A DNA stretch of 64,000 nt from contig CAJARJ010000018.1 in assembly GCA_903944345.1 (NCBI GenBank), positions 45,933 through 109,932 of the forward strand. Direction: 5' to 3'. Source of the DNA: Candidatus Omnitrophota bacterium. GTDB lineage: Bacteria > Omnitrophota > Gorgyraeia > Zapsychrales > Fredricksoniimonadaceae. A program made the translations under genes and the position numbers. Below are positions 40,182 through 49,652 of this stretch, one piece after another. Position 1 is the first letter of the stretch. Every line of letters starts with the position of its first letter. Below the pieces are notes generated by a model. The model was not told where the DNA came from, ran no database searches, and worked only from the letters and a program-made list of their open reading frames with translations.

Positions 40182-41926
40182 GCTTTCTCCTGAATCACCC
40201 GCATCAGCTGCCGGGCCGCTTCTTCCGGACCCTTTCTCTCCCAACCGGCCAGTCCCAGACGAGTACGCATCTGACCGACATAAACTCCCTGCCTGAAGAA
40301 GTGCTCAAAATAATCTTTCGCCAAAGGATCGTGCAAATGCTTGTACTGGGCAGGACCAAAAACATTGGAGAAATAAGAATGCACCAGCCCCGTCGCCGTA
40401 GTTGTGCCCTTGCTCATGGCGGTGCCTTCACGAAAAACGTTAAGCGCAGCCTCCGGTGTCTTGAAGCGCTCGACAATCGGATGATCGTCATCAGTGGCAT
40501 CATAATTATTTGCATAAAAAACAAAATCAATCTTCTCACCCTTGATAACCTGCTGATACGAGGTAACCGGAATAATGATCCTGGCATTCACCTGATTGGC
40601 CGACATGATAATCGCACGGTCAATCTGGCCGAGCGCATATCCAGGCTGCAAATCGTCGAGGCGCAGAAACGCCCCGATCTCGGTGCCGTAACCCAGCACC
40701 CGCCCGTCGGGGGCAAGCTGGATCGAACCCATGTCATCCGCAACAATAATCAGATCCTGGATATGATCCTCACCCAGTCCGCGCAAAGCCTCAAGCGTTT
40801 CAGACTTTCCGGCACCGGTATCTCCGATAAAAAGCAACGTACGGTCGATATCCCCTTTCAGAATAATCCGTACCAGCGCGCCATGAAAGGGCATAATCCC
40901 GCGCTTCATCATGATAACGTTATGCAGGGTCAGGACCATCTTTTTGACATATCCGAAATAACCGAACTCGGGACGAAACGGAACCGCACCAACAAGGAGA
41001 TTATTCTTTTCGTCATCAAAGAAAACCTGTTCACAGTTAAAGCGTGCCAGGCTCTCGGGAGGAACTCCGTAGGCATACACACCATCCGGTTGACGCTCCA
41101 GATCCTCGTCTCCGGCAATCTCGAAAAGATTGCATAAAGAATGACCCAGCTCGGCAAAACGGTTATGAAAATAAACCATAATCAGCAGCTCTCCGACTTT
41201 GGCCGGATAACAAAGCCAGTCGTTAGAGTCGAAGCTCAGCCCCTTGATCGGGCTCTCATTAACCCTCTCGGCACGACCAGTCCGCTTGTTCATCGGTGGC
41301 GTCAGAATGAGCGGAGGGTACAAGAGCATCTGCCGGATCATGGGCACATTGTTCAATTCGGCATACTCCTGCGGCAGCTTAACCTCCCTGGGTACCGATA
41401 TGGTGGACACCTCGGCTCCCGCCGCAACCTGACGATAAATACGAGGGTGCTGTCCGGTTACATTCTCCTGGATGTCCCGATACATCTGACGAATAAGATT
41501 AGTCAACTGACCAATCGTCTCGTTAAATGTGCGATACGGGCGCTTGTCCCAGTTCTTGTCCTGCCCGCCGGAAATGATAAAACGGTCAAAACTGCGCCAA
41601 AAATTGTAAATACTTTCGATCAACTCATTAAACAATGTGGGATCCTGCAGAAAGACATCCGATCCTTTCACAATATTAGGAACCAGACTGGCCGGCATCT
41701 TGGTCAGATACTTGATAGTCTGGATAAGCCGGTCGATATCTCCTGTGTCGGCATCTTTCTTGCCGAAGACCTGCATCAGAATAGAACGACGTTTGGCCAG
41801 TTTGCCAACGGCAGCAGTTACAATTCCCTTGAAAAGCTCGCTATCGATAATCTCTTCTTCGGTCTCACAAATCCTGTTCTGGATACGCAGAATAATTTTC
41901 GTATCGTATATGTCATAAGACTGCAT
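40178..41926 (-). CDS. Atypical PEP-carboxykinase-like protein
   Basis: YFGYVKKM.LTLHN, PFHGA, P-loop GDTGAGKSET, IVADD, GTEIGAF.RLDDL. Confidence 0.8.
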   Translation of the reverse strand: MQSYDIYDTKIILRIQNRICETEEEIIDSELFKGIVTAAVGKLAKRRSILMQVFGKKDADTGDIDRLIQTIKYLTKMPASLVPNIVKGSDVFLQDPTLFNELIESIYNFWRSFDRFIISGGQDKNWDKRPYRTFNETIGQLTNLIRQMYRDIQENVTGQHPRIYRQVAAGAEVSTISVPREVKLPQEYAELNNVPMIRQMLLYPPLILTPPMNKRTGRAERVNESPIKGLSFDSNDWLCYPAKVGELLIMVYFHNRFAELGHSLCNLFEIAGDEDLERQPDGVYAYGVPPESLARFNCEQVFFDDEKNNLLVGAVPFRPEFGYFGYVKKMVLTLHNVIMMKRGIMPFHGALVRIILKGDIDRTLLFIGDTGAGKSETLEALRGLGEDHIQDLIIVADDMGSIQLAPDGRVLGYGTEIGAFLRLDDLQPGYALGQIDRAIIMSANQVNARIIIPVTSYQQVIKGEKIDFVFYANNYDATDDDHPIVERFKTPEAALNVFREGTAMSKGTTTATGLVHSYFSNVFGPAQYKHLHDPLAKDYFEHFFRQGVYVGQMRTRLGLAGWERKGPEEAARQLMRVIQEKA

Positions 41927-41950
41927 TTAACACCTTCCTCCTGTTGTTTT

Positions 41951-42607
41951 TCAGTGCGCAAACTTCTTGTGAAGCCATATTCTGTCAACGGCCCGCTTGA
42001 ATGCCATATTGATCGGGAGCATTTCCCGCGATAAATCCGGATCAATACTGCTCAATCTCAAAACATAATCGGACATAAAAACGGGCTTATCCTCAGTGCC
42101 TTCCGGCTTCTGAATGCCCGGCGCTGCCAACGGCAAAATTTTATCCTTTAGAACAGAACAGGACGCCAGCCGAAAATGTCCATGCCGGTCCCGATTTCCG
42201 GAAAAACCGAACAGCCGGCAAATCAGCGGACGCGAAGCATACTGCAAACACTTGCCTTGCCCCGAGGACCCTGCCTCAGGAAAAAAGAAAATGCACCGTC
42301 CCTGAAAATCCTGCTTGTCGGCTTTTTCGTAAAAGCCCTCGGCCTGCCGAAGACGATCAAGCTGCGATGCCAAAGGAAGCAGCTCAAGCTCGGAAGCCTG
42401 AACATGCGGATTCTGACAGCAAACCCCGCAACCCACAGGACAGGAAAAGGCCAAACTGCGCCTGAACGCTCCCGTATCCCGGTCTACGTCAAGAAACAAA
42501 TACTGCACCGCAATAATCTTGCGGCGCAAAACATCCCCATGGGAAGTTCTGTATCGCTCCAACAACAAAAGGCAACGCTTTTTCCAGCGGGCTAAAGTTG
42601 TTTGCAT
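41951..42607 (-). CDS. YkgJ-family cysteine-cluster (CxxxCxxCC) protein
   Basis: CPVGCGVCC, CIFF, CLQYASRPLICRLFG. Confidence 0.85.
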   Translation of the reverse strand: MQTTLARWKKRCLLLLERYRTSHGDVLRRKIIAVQYLFLDVDRDTGAFRRSLAFSCPVGCGVCCQNPHVQASELELLPLASQLDRLRQAEGFYEKADKQDFQGRCIFFFPEAGSSGQGKCLQYASRPLICRLFGFSGNRDRHGHFRLASCSVLKDKILPLAAPGIQKPEGTEDKPVFMSDYVLRLSSIDPDLSREMLPINMAFKRAVDRIWLHKKFAH

Positions 42608-42734
42608 AACTCCCCCTCTGCTTCGTCTCTCGTCTTATCTTAGCAATTATACGGTACGCCGCAAGAATAATCTGGAATCCACCCGGGGAAACTCAGCGGA
42701 ACCACAGACATCGACGAGAAAGCAACCCGACAGG

Positions 42735-44510
42735 CTAACGGACGGCCCCGGGATTATTTAATGTATTACGGACTTCCCGCTCAAACTCAAAAGGCGAAAG
42801 CCGGCGGGCCTCACGATAGAAATCCAGGGATTTATCTCTTTGCCCCATAACAGCATAAATCTGTCCCAGACTGAAATAATTAATGTAATTAAGCGGTGAA
42901 CGGCGAACCGCCTCCTCAAACGAAGCGGCACTTCCCGCAAGAAAATCTGCCCGGCCATTTTCCTTCCAGGAATTCGCAAGTACAATACCCGCTGCAGCCG
43001 GATAAACACAGGACCAGGGGTTCAGGCGGGAAGCCTGAACAAAAAGATGTCCGGCCCTGGCCAAATCACCTCCTGCTCGCGCGACCTTGCCTTCCATATA
43101 CAAAAAGAAAGAAACCGACAAACAAACACTCAGGAACAATAAAACCCCCGCCAAAACTCCGGCAAAAACAAAGAACAAGCGCTGCCAACCTTTTGTCCAC
43201 AATCTTCCGGATGAGGGACGACTCATAGCTGCCAGAGCCGCCAGCATGGCCCAGCCATGCCAGGCAATATTGGGTTTAATAAAAGTGAAGCTAAAAAAAT
43301 TATCAATCAGAAATGCCGTCAACCCCCAAATCAGCCCGACAACAAGCCAGGCATCCGCGCCATCCCTGTAAAGCGCTAATGCCCGACGAGATGCAGCAAT
43401 AAACGCAGCTACCAAAGCCAATATGCCGACAAGGCCCAAAACCCCTGTTTCCACCAGCCATTGCAAATAGGTATTATGCACGAAAGCTGTTAGCGCCTCC
43501 TGCGAAGTCACCAGATGGCGCGAAGCCATGCCAAACGCGCCAAAGCCGCATCCTCGCAATGGATGCTCGGCAATCAGAGTCGCGGCATTCTGATAATATA
43601 AAAGGCGCGGTTGCAAGGCCGCGCCAAAATCCTTACGCGCCACAACCCAGGCAAAAGCCACCAGAAAAAGAAGTACGAAAAGAATCAACCCCGTAGTCTG
43701 GATGGAGGACAGGCTTCCTCTCATTCTCCGGTAAACAAGCGAAACCAGCAAACAGGCGGACAACAGAAAACTGCTCCAGGCCAGAAAAGAAAAAGTGGCC
43801 AGAAAGCCAGTCAGCAAAACAGCCGCGAAGCTTCCCCAGAAAATACGACGCCACCAACCTTTCGCTGCCACCGCATAAATACCACCCAGGGGAAGAAACA
43901 GCAAAAGATAACCCGCCAACGAATTAGGCCAACCCAGCAAAGAAGTGGCCCGGCGGCGAGTCAACACATAATGCAAACTGGAATTAAAATCCTGGAGCAG
44001 TGCGTCAGACGGCAGCGGCTGACGCAGAAAGAGCAAAACAAACTCCCGCACGGCAAAAGCCGCCGTCACCAAAGCACAAAGGAGCATGCCGATAACAAAA
44101 ATCCTGATACGACACGGGCTGTCCAGCAGGTCGGAAAGCATAAAGAAAAAAAACAACACCGACCCGAAAACCACCGCAGAAATAACACTCACCGAACGAT
44201 CGACGCTATAAAAAACGGATAAGACCACCGCAAAAAACAACAAAGATAATGGAAAAAAGAATCCGGAACGAACCCATACTTCCCTGCTAAAGAATTTATA
44301 AAACAGATAGCCAATAAAAAGCAGACAAGATAACCCGGCGACAATCAAATTCGAAAGTTCTTCCCGAACAAAGATTTCCGCATGCGGGAAGAACTTCCAG
44401 ATTGTCAAACGCAGAATAACCAGACTCAGGGCCGCATACAAAAAGACATCTTTCCAACCAAACAACCTTGCGGTAATGGCGGAAAGCGTTCTCTCATACT
44501 CACACTTCAT
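42735..44510 (-). CDS. O-antigen-ligase-like (Wzy_C) membrane protein with C-terminal TPR
   Basis: WPNSLAGYL, HPLRGCGFGAF, HNTYLQWLVETGVLG and TPR-like helices. Confidence 0.85.
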   Translation of the reverse strand: MKCEYERTLSAITARLFGWKDVFLYAALSLVILRLTIWKFFPHAEIFVREELSNLIVAGLSCLLFIGYLFYKFFSREVWVRSGFFFPLSLLFFAVVLSVFYSVDRSVSVISAVVFGSVLFFFFMLSDLLDSPCRIRIFVIGMLLCALVTAAFAVREFVLLFLRQPLPSDALLQDFNSSLHYVLTRRRATSLLGWPNSLAGYLLLFLPLGGIYAVAAKGWWRRIFWGSFAAVLLTGFLATFSFLAWSSFLLSACLLVSLVYRRMRGSLSSIQTTGLILFVLLFLVAFAWVVARKDFGAALQPRLLYYQNAATLIAEHPLRGCGFGAFGMASRHLVTSQEALTAFVHNTYLQWLVETGVLGLVGILALVAAFIAASRRALALYRDGADAWLVVGLIWGLTAFLIDNFFSFTFIKPNIAWHGWAMLAALAAMSRPSSGRLWTKGWQRLFFVFAGVLAGVLLFLSVCLSVSFFLYMEGKVARAGGDLARAGHLFVQASRLNPWSCVYPAAAGIVLANSWKENGRADFLAGSAASFEEAVRRSPLNYINYFSLGQIYAVMGQRDKSLDFYREARRLSPFEFEREVRNTLNNPGAVR

Positions 44511-44802
44511 AGTCAGCCAAGCGCCGCTCCGAACGAACCGCCGTAATAAAGCCCTTGATGGCTACATGCTCAGGATGATCCTGATACTCATCTAACGCTT
44601 CACGAGAGGCAAACTCGGTATACAAAACCACATCCGCTGAACTGTCAGTCGCGCTAAAGTCCAGGCCGACTTCCAGCTTAAGCATACCGTCGATACGTCC
44701 ATTAAGCGCCTCAAGCTTTTCTTTCATCAACAAAGCGTTCGCAGCTTTATCATTGCCTAACGCGCTGTCCTTCAGTTTCCAGAATACGACATGCTTGATC
44801 AT
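44500..44802 (-). CDS. Dabb-family stress-responsive alpha/beta barrel protein
   Basis: MIKHVVFWKL, YQDHPEH and terminal DYE. Confidence 0.92.
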   Translation of the reverse strand: MIKHVVFWKLKDSALGNDKAANALLMKEKLEALNGRIDGMLKLEVGLDFSATDSSADVVLYTEFASREALDEYQDHPEHVAIKGFITAVRSERRLADYEV

Positions 44803-44904
44803 AAAACTATCTCCTTCTGCGGTTAACCCGTTCCTGGAACGGATACGATTCATGCGGCCATCTTACTGACCAGACCTATGATTCTAACCTCGAATCGCGG
44901 AAAA

Positions 44905-45666
44905 TCAAGTTTCACTCTGCAAGAAACTGCGAGGATCAAAAAAAGCTGACAAAACATGCTTCTTGCCGCCCAGACCGGGGATCTTGCGAATCACAAAACC
45001 GCGGTCGGTCAGACCTCGCCGGACAAAACCCGCAACAGTAAACGTTGTCAGGGTTGTCCCCTTCCGACTTAAAGCGGCTACTCCGTCAAAAACATGATCC
45101 GACCACATTTCAGGATTTTTGGAAGGAGCAAAACCGTCCAGAAGAACCACGTCCACCCCCTCCGGTGCCAATCCTGCGGTCTTAACCAGCGACAATGCCT
45201 CTTGCACATGCCGGAAAACAACTGTCAGAGTCACCCGATCCTCATCAAAAAGAAAAGACTTTATTTGTCCGGGCGAGGGAGTATATTGCGCTGCCAGCGC
45301 TGCGGCCTGCGGAGCCAGCACCGGCCAAAAAGCCAGTGCCCGTGTCAGATGCTCAACGGCCAAAGGATAAAGTTCCACTGAAATAAAATGTAACCGCCAG
45401 GAACGGGGAGCTGTCTCCCGCCACAACTGCCAGACACTACAAAAATCCAGCCCGGTCCCGAAACCTGTTTCCAGAATCGTAAAAGTTCCTCCCTCCGCGG
45501 AGCTCAAAGCCAGAAAACGTTCGCGCAAAGCATTGGACTGACAACACACATAAACAGATTCGTCATAACCACTTGAACGACAGAAATACTTGTCGCCAAA
45601 AGCGGTAGACTGGGGCATCCCCTGCTCGTCCCAGACAATATCAGCAAGCGAATCGGCAAGGCTCAT
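44905..45666 (-). CDS. mnmD: Stand-alone tRNA mnm5s2U34 methyltransferase (MnmC N-terminal domain)
   Basis: FGDKYF, ETGFGTGL, LHFISVELYP, LDGFAPSKNPEMW, VRRGL. Confidence 0.9.
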   Translation of the reverse strand: MSLADSLADIVWDEQGMPQSTAFGDKYFCRSSGYDESVYVCCQSNALRERFLALSSAEGGTFTILETGFGTGLDFCSVWQLWRETAPRSWRLHFISVELYPLAVEHLTRALAFWPVLAPQAAALAAQYTPSPGQIKSFLFDEDRVTLTVVFRHVQEALSLVKTAGLAPEGVDVVLLDGFAPSKNPEMWSDHVFDGVAALSRKGTTLTTFTVAGFVRRGLTDRGFVIRKIPGLGGKKHVLSAFFDPRSFLQSET

Positions 45667-47316
45667 GGCTCTCCGTCATTTGCAACTGTCAGCGTCAGCT
45701 CCATTGCAACCGAGCCCATACTGCCACGGGTCGAATGGACTGCACCCAAAGTCACTTTGCCCATATCCAGACCCAAAGACAAAAGAGCCTCGTGAACTAC
45801 TTTAGCGCGCTCCGTTGCCAGAGACGACATGGCAGCATGATCAGCAGGGGCGCTTTCAATCAATTGGCGCCTGATTTCCGTAATAAAAGCATTCTCCTGG
45901 TACTGGCCAGGACGATTCTTGTACTTCCTGGCCAATGACCAAAGACCACGAATCCCGAAACTGCGCTGATACAACATCTGGTAAAGCTGACTTTCCGTAC
46001 GCGAAGAACCCGCCCTGAGTTGCGCATAATTTCCTGCCAACGCTTGCGCTGCCAATGCCTTCCAGTCCATATCAGGATCGAAAGCCCCTTTAATCTCAAG
46101 CTTTAAAGCAGGACGCTGTTCCATGCCCCGCACCAGAGTTGCAAGTTTTTGCCGCTCGGCATCCGTCAATACCGCCTGCCCGGGCTGAAAACGCACGTAA
46201 CCAAGCTCGTCAGTTCCACTCTCCGAACCAAGAACAGAACCCAAAAAAGCAAAAGGACTGCTCACGACCTTGAAAAAGAAATTACGGATCACCTGTCCAA
46301 CCAACGGCCAGAAACGAAATTGCGGATCACTCAAATCCCCCGTAACCGGGAGAGCCACCTTAATTTGCCCATTAGCATCCTCCAAAAGTGCCAATGCCAA
46401 ACCAAAAGGTAACCCCAGCATCTTTGCTTTGAGTCCGGCGGCCAAAGGTAAAATTCTGAACCAGCAGGCGATGATCAGCCGAAAGCTGATTGCCGGCAAT
46501 ACGATAATCCATCCGTAAATCAAACTTGCCATCATCCAGTTCCCGCCCGGTATATTTACCGACATACGGCGAAAGCACCGTCAGCACGTAACTGCCCAGA
46601 ACACAGCTCATCTCCAGTTCCGGGGGCGATTGCAAAGGTTTAAGCCGGGCCTCCAGATTCACAGTGCCCCGCCCATCCAGAGTCCCTTCCACAAATACCC
46701 CGGTCCACACACCCGGATCTGTTGAGAAACCGGTCACCCGAATCAGAAGTCCACCCAGATTTGTAACAAGCCGGGGAGAAACTGTTTCATCTGTAAACCC
46801 CAAACGAGCTTCGCGGACAATCAAACTATCTACAAATACGGGGGGAAAGGATGCCTTCCGGGAAGAGGAATCTGCCGGAGTATCCACCGCGGCGGAAGCC
46901 TTCGGCGCCGGAAAGGATGCCACAAAATCCAAAAGATTAAAACGACCCTCCGCAGACAAGCGGGCATCAACCTCAAGACCGTCGAGCACAACAGACTCGA
47001 CACGTAAATTCTTTTTTAACAATGCCAGAAAACTGACATCCAGGCTGGCCGCACGTAAAAAGAACAATGGCTCCCCTTGGGTATCCCTGAGCTCAACACC
47101 ACGGACACCTATGCTGAACATATAAGGGTTCACCCAAACGGCGGACACAGCAAGCTTGCGTTTTAACAACTTGCTTCCCTGGGCTTCAACTGCCCAGCGG
47201 AGCATAAACGGCAGAACAATAAAACCGAGGATCGTATAAACACAAACAACTATCCCGAAAAACTTCAGTACCTGAACAAGGCTCCGGATCCCTGACGGAC
47301 GTGCAATTTTCTGCAT
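45663..47316 (-). pseudogene. DUF748-domain protein split by a frameshift near 46418
   Basis: The 5' frame reads ...LSPYVGKY.G...FGRRTQSKDA and the 3' frame resumes LGLPFGLALALLED.NG.I...LPVTGDL.DP.F. The junction GAT G CTG GGG is 2 nt short of an in-frame join. Confidence 0.8.
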
Positions 47317-47386
47317 AGAAATCTTCCCGAAAAACTTTTCTTTTTGCGATGACAACGCCGATTAACACATCTTGATATCTCAAATC

Positions 47387-47425
47387 AGAAGAAAACCGTA
47401 GACTGTTCAAACAAACAGTCTACGG
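47387..47425 (-). terminator. Intrinsic terminator
   Basis: Stem CCGTAGACTGTT / AACAGTCTACGG plus TTTTCTTCT. Confidence 0.75.
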
Positions 47426-47460
47426 CTTCCTCCTCAAGCCCAGACAAAATATCCGGTTCT

Positions 47461-48171
47461 TTAGAAAGACCAGTTAACTATGGGCAGAAACTCAAACGGC
47501 TTTTTGTTGCCGTTATAATTGGCCAGACCAATCTGAAGTCCGTCCAGTGACTTGGTCACATTAATAAATCCCAGCTGGAATCCGCGCATCTCACGGGCAT
47601 AATTGACAAACCCGCCCTGAAAACCTTTCACAGCGCCGTCCGCATAATTCAGAGCACCAATGGCGGCCCCGGAAAAATAGGACTTGGAGAAATTTCCCAA
47701 ACCACTCTGTAGCCCGACAAAATCACCGCCAGCGTAATTAACCCAAGCCGCCTGCCAGCCATGAAAAAAGCCCTCTGTCCAGCCAACCATCCCGGACTGT
47801 AATCCCGTAAAGTCTCCCTCGGTTACAGCGGCAAACCCTCCCTGCCAACCGACAAAGCGACTGCCCGTACGACTAACCCAGCCCGGCTGCCAACCATAGA
47901 ACGCTCCGTCAGTCCAGTTGCCAAGACCCAGCTCAACACCGATCACATCCCCTTTGGTGCGGTTGACACCGAAGAAACTATAGCTTAAACCGGTGACATC
48001 CTGGTTAACGGTATACAAAAGGTTAAGCCGAAGGCCTTTGATCGATTCGTCAGCCGGAACCAGCTGAACCGGATTAAAAAGCGACAACTGCAAAAACTTT
48101 GCCTCCTGGGCACCTGCCGGCATCGCCGCCGCGAATACAACAACCGTTAATAAAAGTAACTTTCTGAACAT
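47461..48171 (-). CDS. Exported protein with GxQxGxxN-type repeats (LA_2272-like), C-terminal Phe
   Basis: Signal peptide, QLSLFNPVQL, GLRLNL, about ten 15-aa repeats and a PIVNWSF end. Confidence 0.8.
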   Translation of the reverse strand: MFRKLLLLTVVVFAAAMPAGAQEAKFLQLSLFNPVQLVPADESIKGLRLNLLYTVNQDVTGLSYSFFGVNRTKGDVIGVELGLGNWTDGAFYGWQPGWVSRTGSRFVGWQGGFAAVTEGDFTGLQSGMVGWTEGFFHGWQAAWVNYAGGDFVGLQSGLGNFSKSYFSGAAIGALNYADGAVKGFQGGFVNYAREMRGFQLGFINVTKSLDGLQIGLANYNGNKKPFEFLPIVNWSF

Positions 48172-48302
48172 AAGGCCTCCTTGATTAAAATCATTCACAA
48201 ACTACTCCAGTTATTATATCCTTTATACCGCCGGGAACAAGGAAAGATTTGAAAGAGATCTTTTTTTGCCGGAGATAACCTGGACTACGCGAGGAGTGAC
48301 CA

Positions 48303-48340
48303 ATAAAAAGAACCCCGAACGATCAGGTTCGGGGTTCTTT
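48303..48340 (-). terminator. Intrinsic terminator (possibly bidirectional)
   Basis: 14-bp stem AAAGAACCCCGAAC / GTTCGGGGTTCTTT. Confidence 0.85.
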
Positions 48341-48386
48341 ATTAAAAAAACTTTATCCGCAACGGCCAGAAAAAGTCAGCTGGCAG

Positions 48387-49391
48387 TTATTGTCCGTACT
48401 GCAATTCCAGCAGTTTCTGCTGAGCGCCTTCTGCCGGTCTCCAGAACCAGCCCTGGGGATCCCAGCACTGTGAAAAACCATAATTATCAACAACCTGCTG
48501 ATAGGCTTTGGCTGCTTCTGTCTTCATACCGGCCAGGCTATAGGCTTCTCCCAGAACAAACGCTCCGGTTCCGACATCATTAAGAGCCCAATATTTGTGA
48601 ATGTTCTCGGCAGGAAGCTCGGGAAAATCCTTGAGGAAAGACTGCATCTCTTTGGCACGCTCACTGTAAAGAGAATCCATCTTTCTGAAGTAACCGATAA
48701 CTTCATCCAGATTCTCTTTCGCCAACGATGCCCACATCTTGCTAACCAATTCATAGGAAGTCATGTTGCCAAAATCCAGATCCAGATTCTTCTCGATCAT
48801 GTACAAACCATCACGCGCCGCTTCCGCAGGTTTCCAGAATGTTTTGCTGCCCGGATCATAGGTCTGACCATAAGAGAATTCGTTAATGACTCTTTGATAG
48901 GCGGCCTTGGCTTTGTCCATATCTTTCGCCTTGCGATAAGCCTCGCCCTGGATAAAAAGAGAAGTCGCAACATCATTAAGTGCCCAATACGAAAAAACCT
49001 TGGCCGGATCACCTGCAGGATAGTCGTTAAGGGTAGCTTGCATTTTGGCTGCCTCAGTCGCATAGAGGTCAACACATTTTCCGGTATAAGTTTTTACCCC
49101 TGTCAAATCCTTCTGCGCCAGCGACTGCCAGGCCTTGGATGTCAGTGTATTGGACTTATAATCGCCAAAAGTGTAGACACCGGGGACTGAAGCGGGCGCC
49201 GCAGACTGGCTTGTAACCGTCGTCTGAACTTTTTGGACAGGAGGCTGAACCTGCTCGACAGGCTTACTGGCAACCTGCTGATTCTTGGGAGCGCAAGAGG
49301 TACAAACCCAGTCCCAATGCCTGCAAGCACAACCCGCCGAGGTTAAAAGAAGAACACATACACCCAACAAATTCAAATAAGAATGTTTCAT
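48387..49391 (-). CDS. Lipoprotein with two tandem TPR-like YWALNDV domains
   Basis: Lipobox SAGC, Pro/Gln linker and an internal duplication of about 130 aa. Confidence 0.8.
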   Translation of the reverse strand: MKHSYLNLLGVCVLLLTSAGCACRHWDWVCTSCAPKNQQVASKPVEQVQPPVQKVQTTVTSQSAAPASVPGVYTFGDYKSNTLTSKAWQSLAQKDLTGVKTYTGKCVDLYATEAAKMQATLNDYPAGDPAKVFSYWALNDVATSLFIQGEAYRKAKDMDKAKAAYQRVINEFSYGQTYDPGSKTFWKPAEAARDGLYMIEKNLDLDFGNMTSYELVSKMWASLAKENLDEVIGYFRKMDSLYSERAKEMQSFLKDFPELPAENIHKYWALNDVGTGAFVLGEAYSLAGMKTEAAKAYQQVVDNYGFSQCWDPQGWFWRPAEGAQQKLLELQYGQ

Positions 49392-49652
49392 AAGCCACCA
49401 ACTCCTGATTATTGATTACAATGTAGCTGTTATGTTTACCCGCATCAGCTCCTGCGATATAAGCCTGTTTCTACACAAACGACCCTGTAAAGTTAGCATA
49501 TAACGTCATCGAATGTCAACATTAAGAATCTTACGGTCAGATTTGACCATAACAGACAGCAAGCCGCTCATTAAAATGGCACCGCTTGCCACTAGACAGA
49601 ACAATACATCACACAACAAGCGTGAGCGCGAATCCAGACCTCCCGGGTCACG

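Noticed and set aside
11315-41137. Long plus-strand ORFs (11315-12496, 15094-16095, 20144-21148, 27133-28572, 30675-31658, 40109-41137)
   Set aside because: Antisense shadows of well-supported minus-strand genes; they show no recognisable motifs.
47500-47960. ~45-nt periodicity resembling a repeat array
   Set aside because: Degenerate protein-coding 15-aa repeats; there are no identical direct repeats with spacers, so this is not CRISPR.
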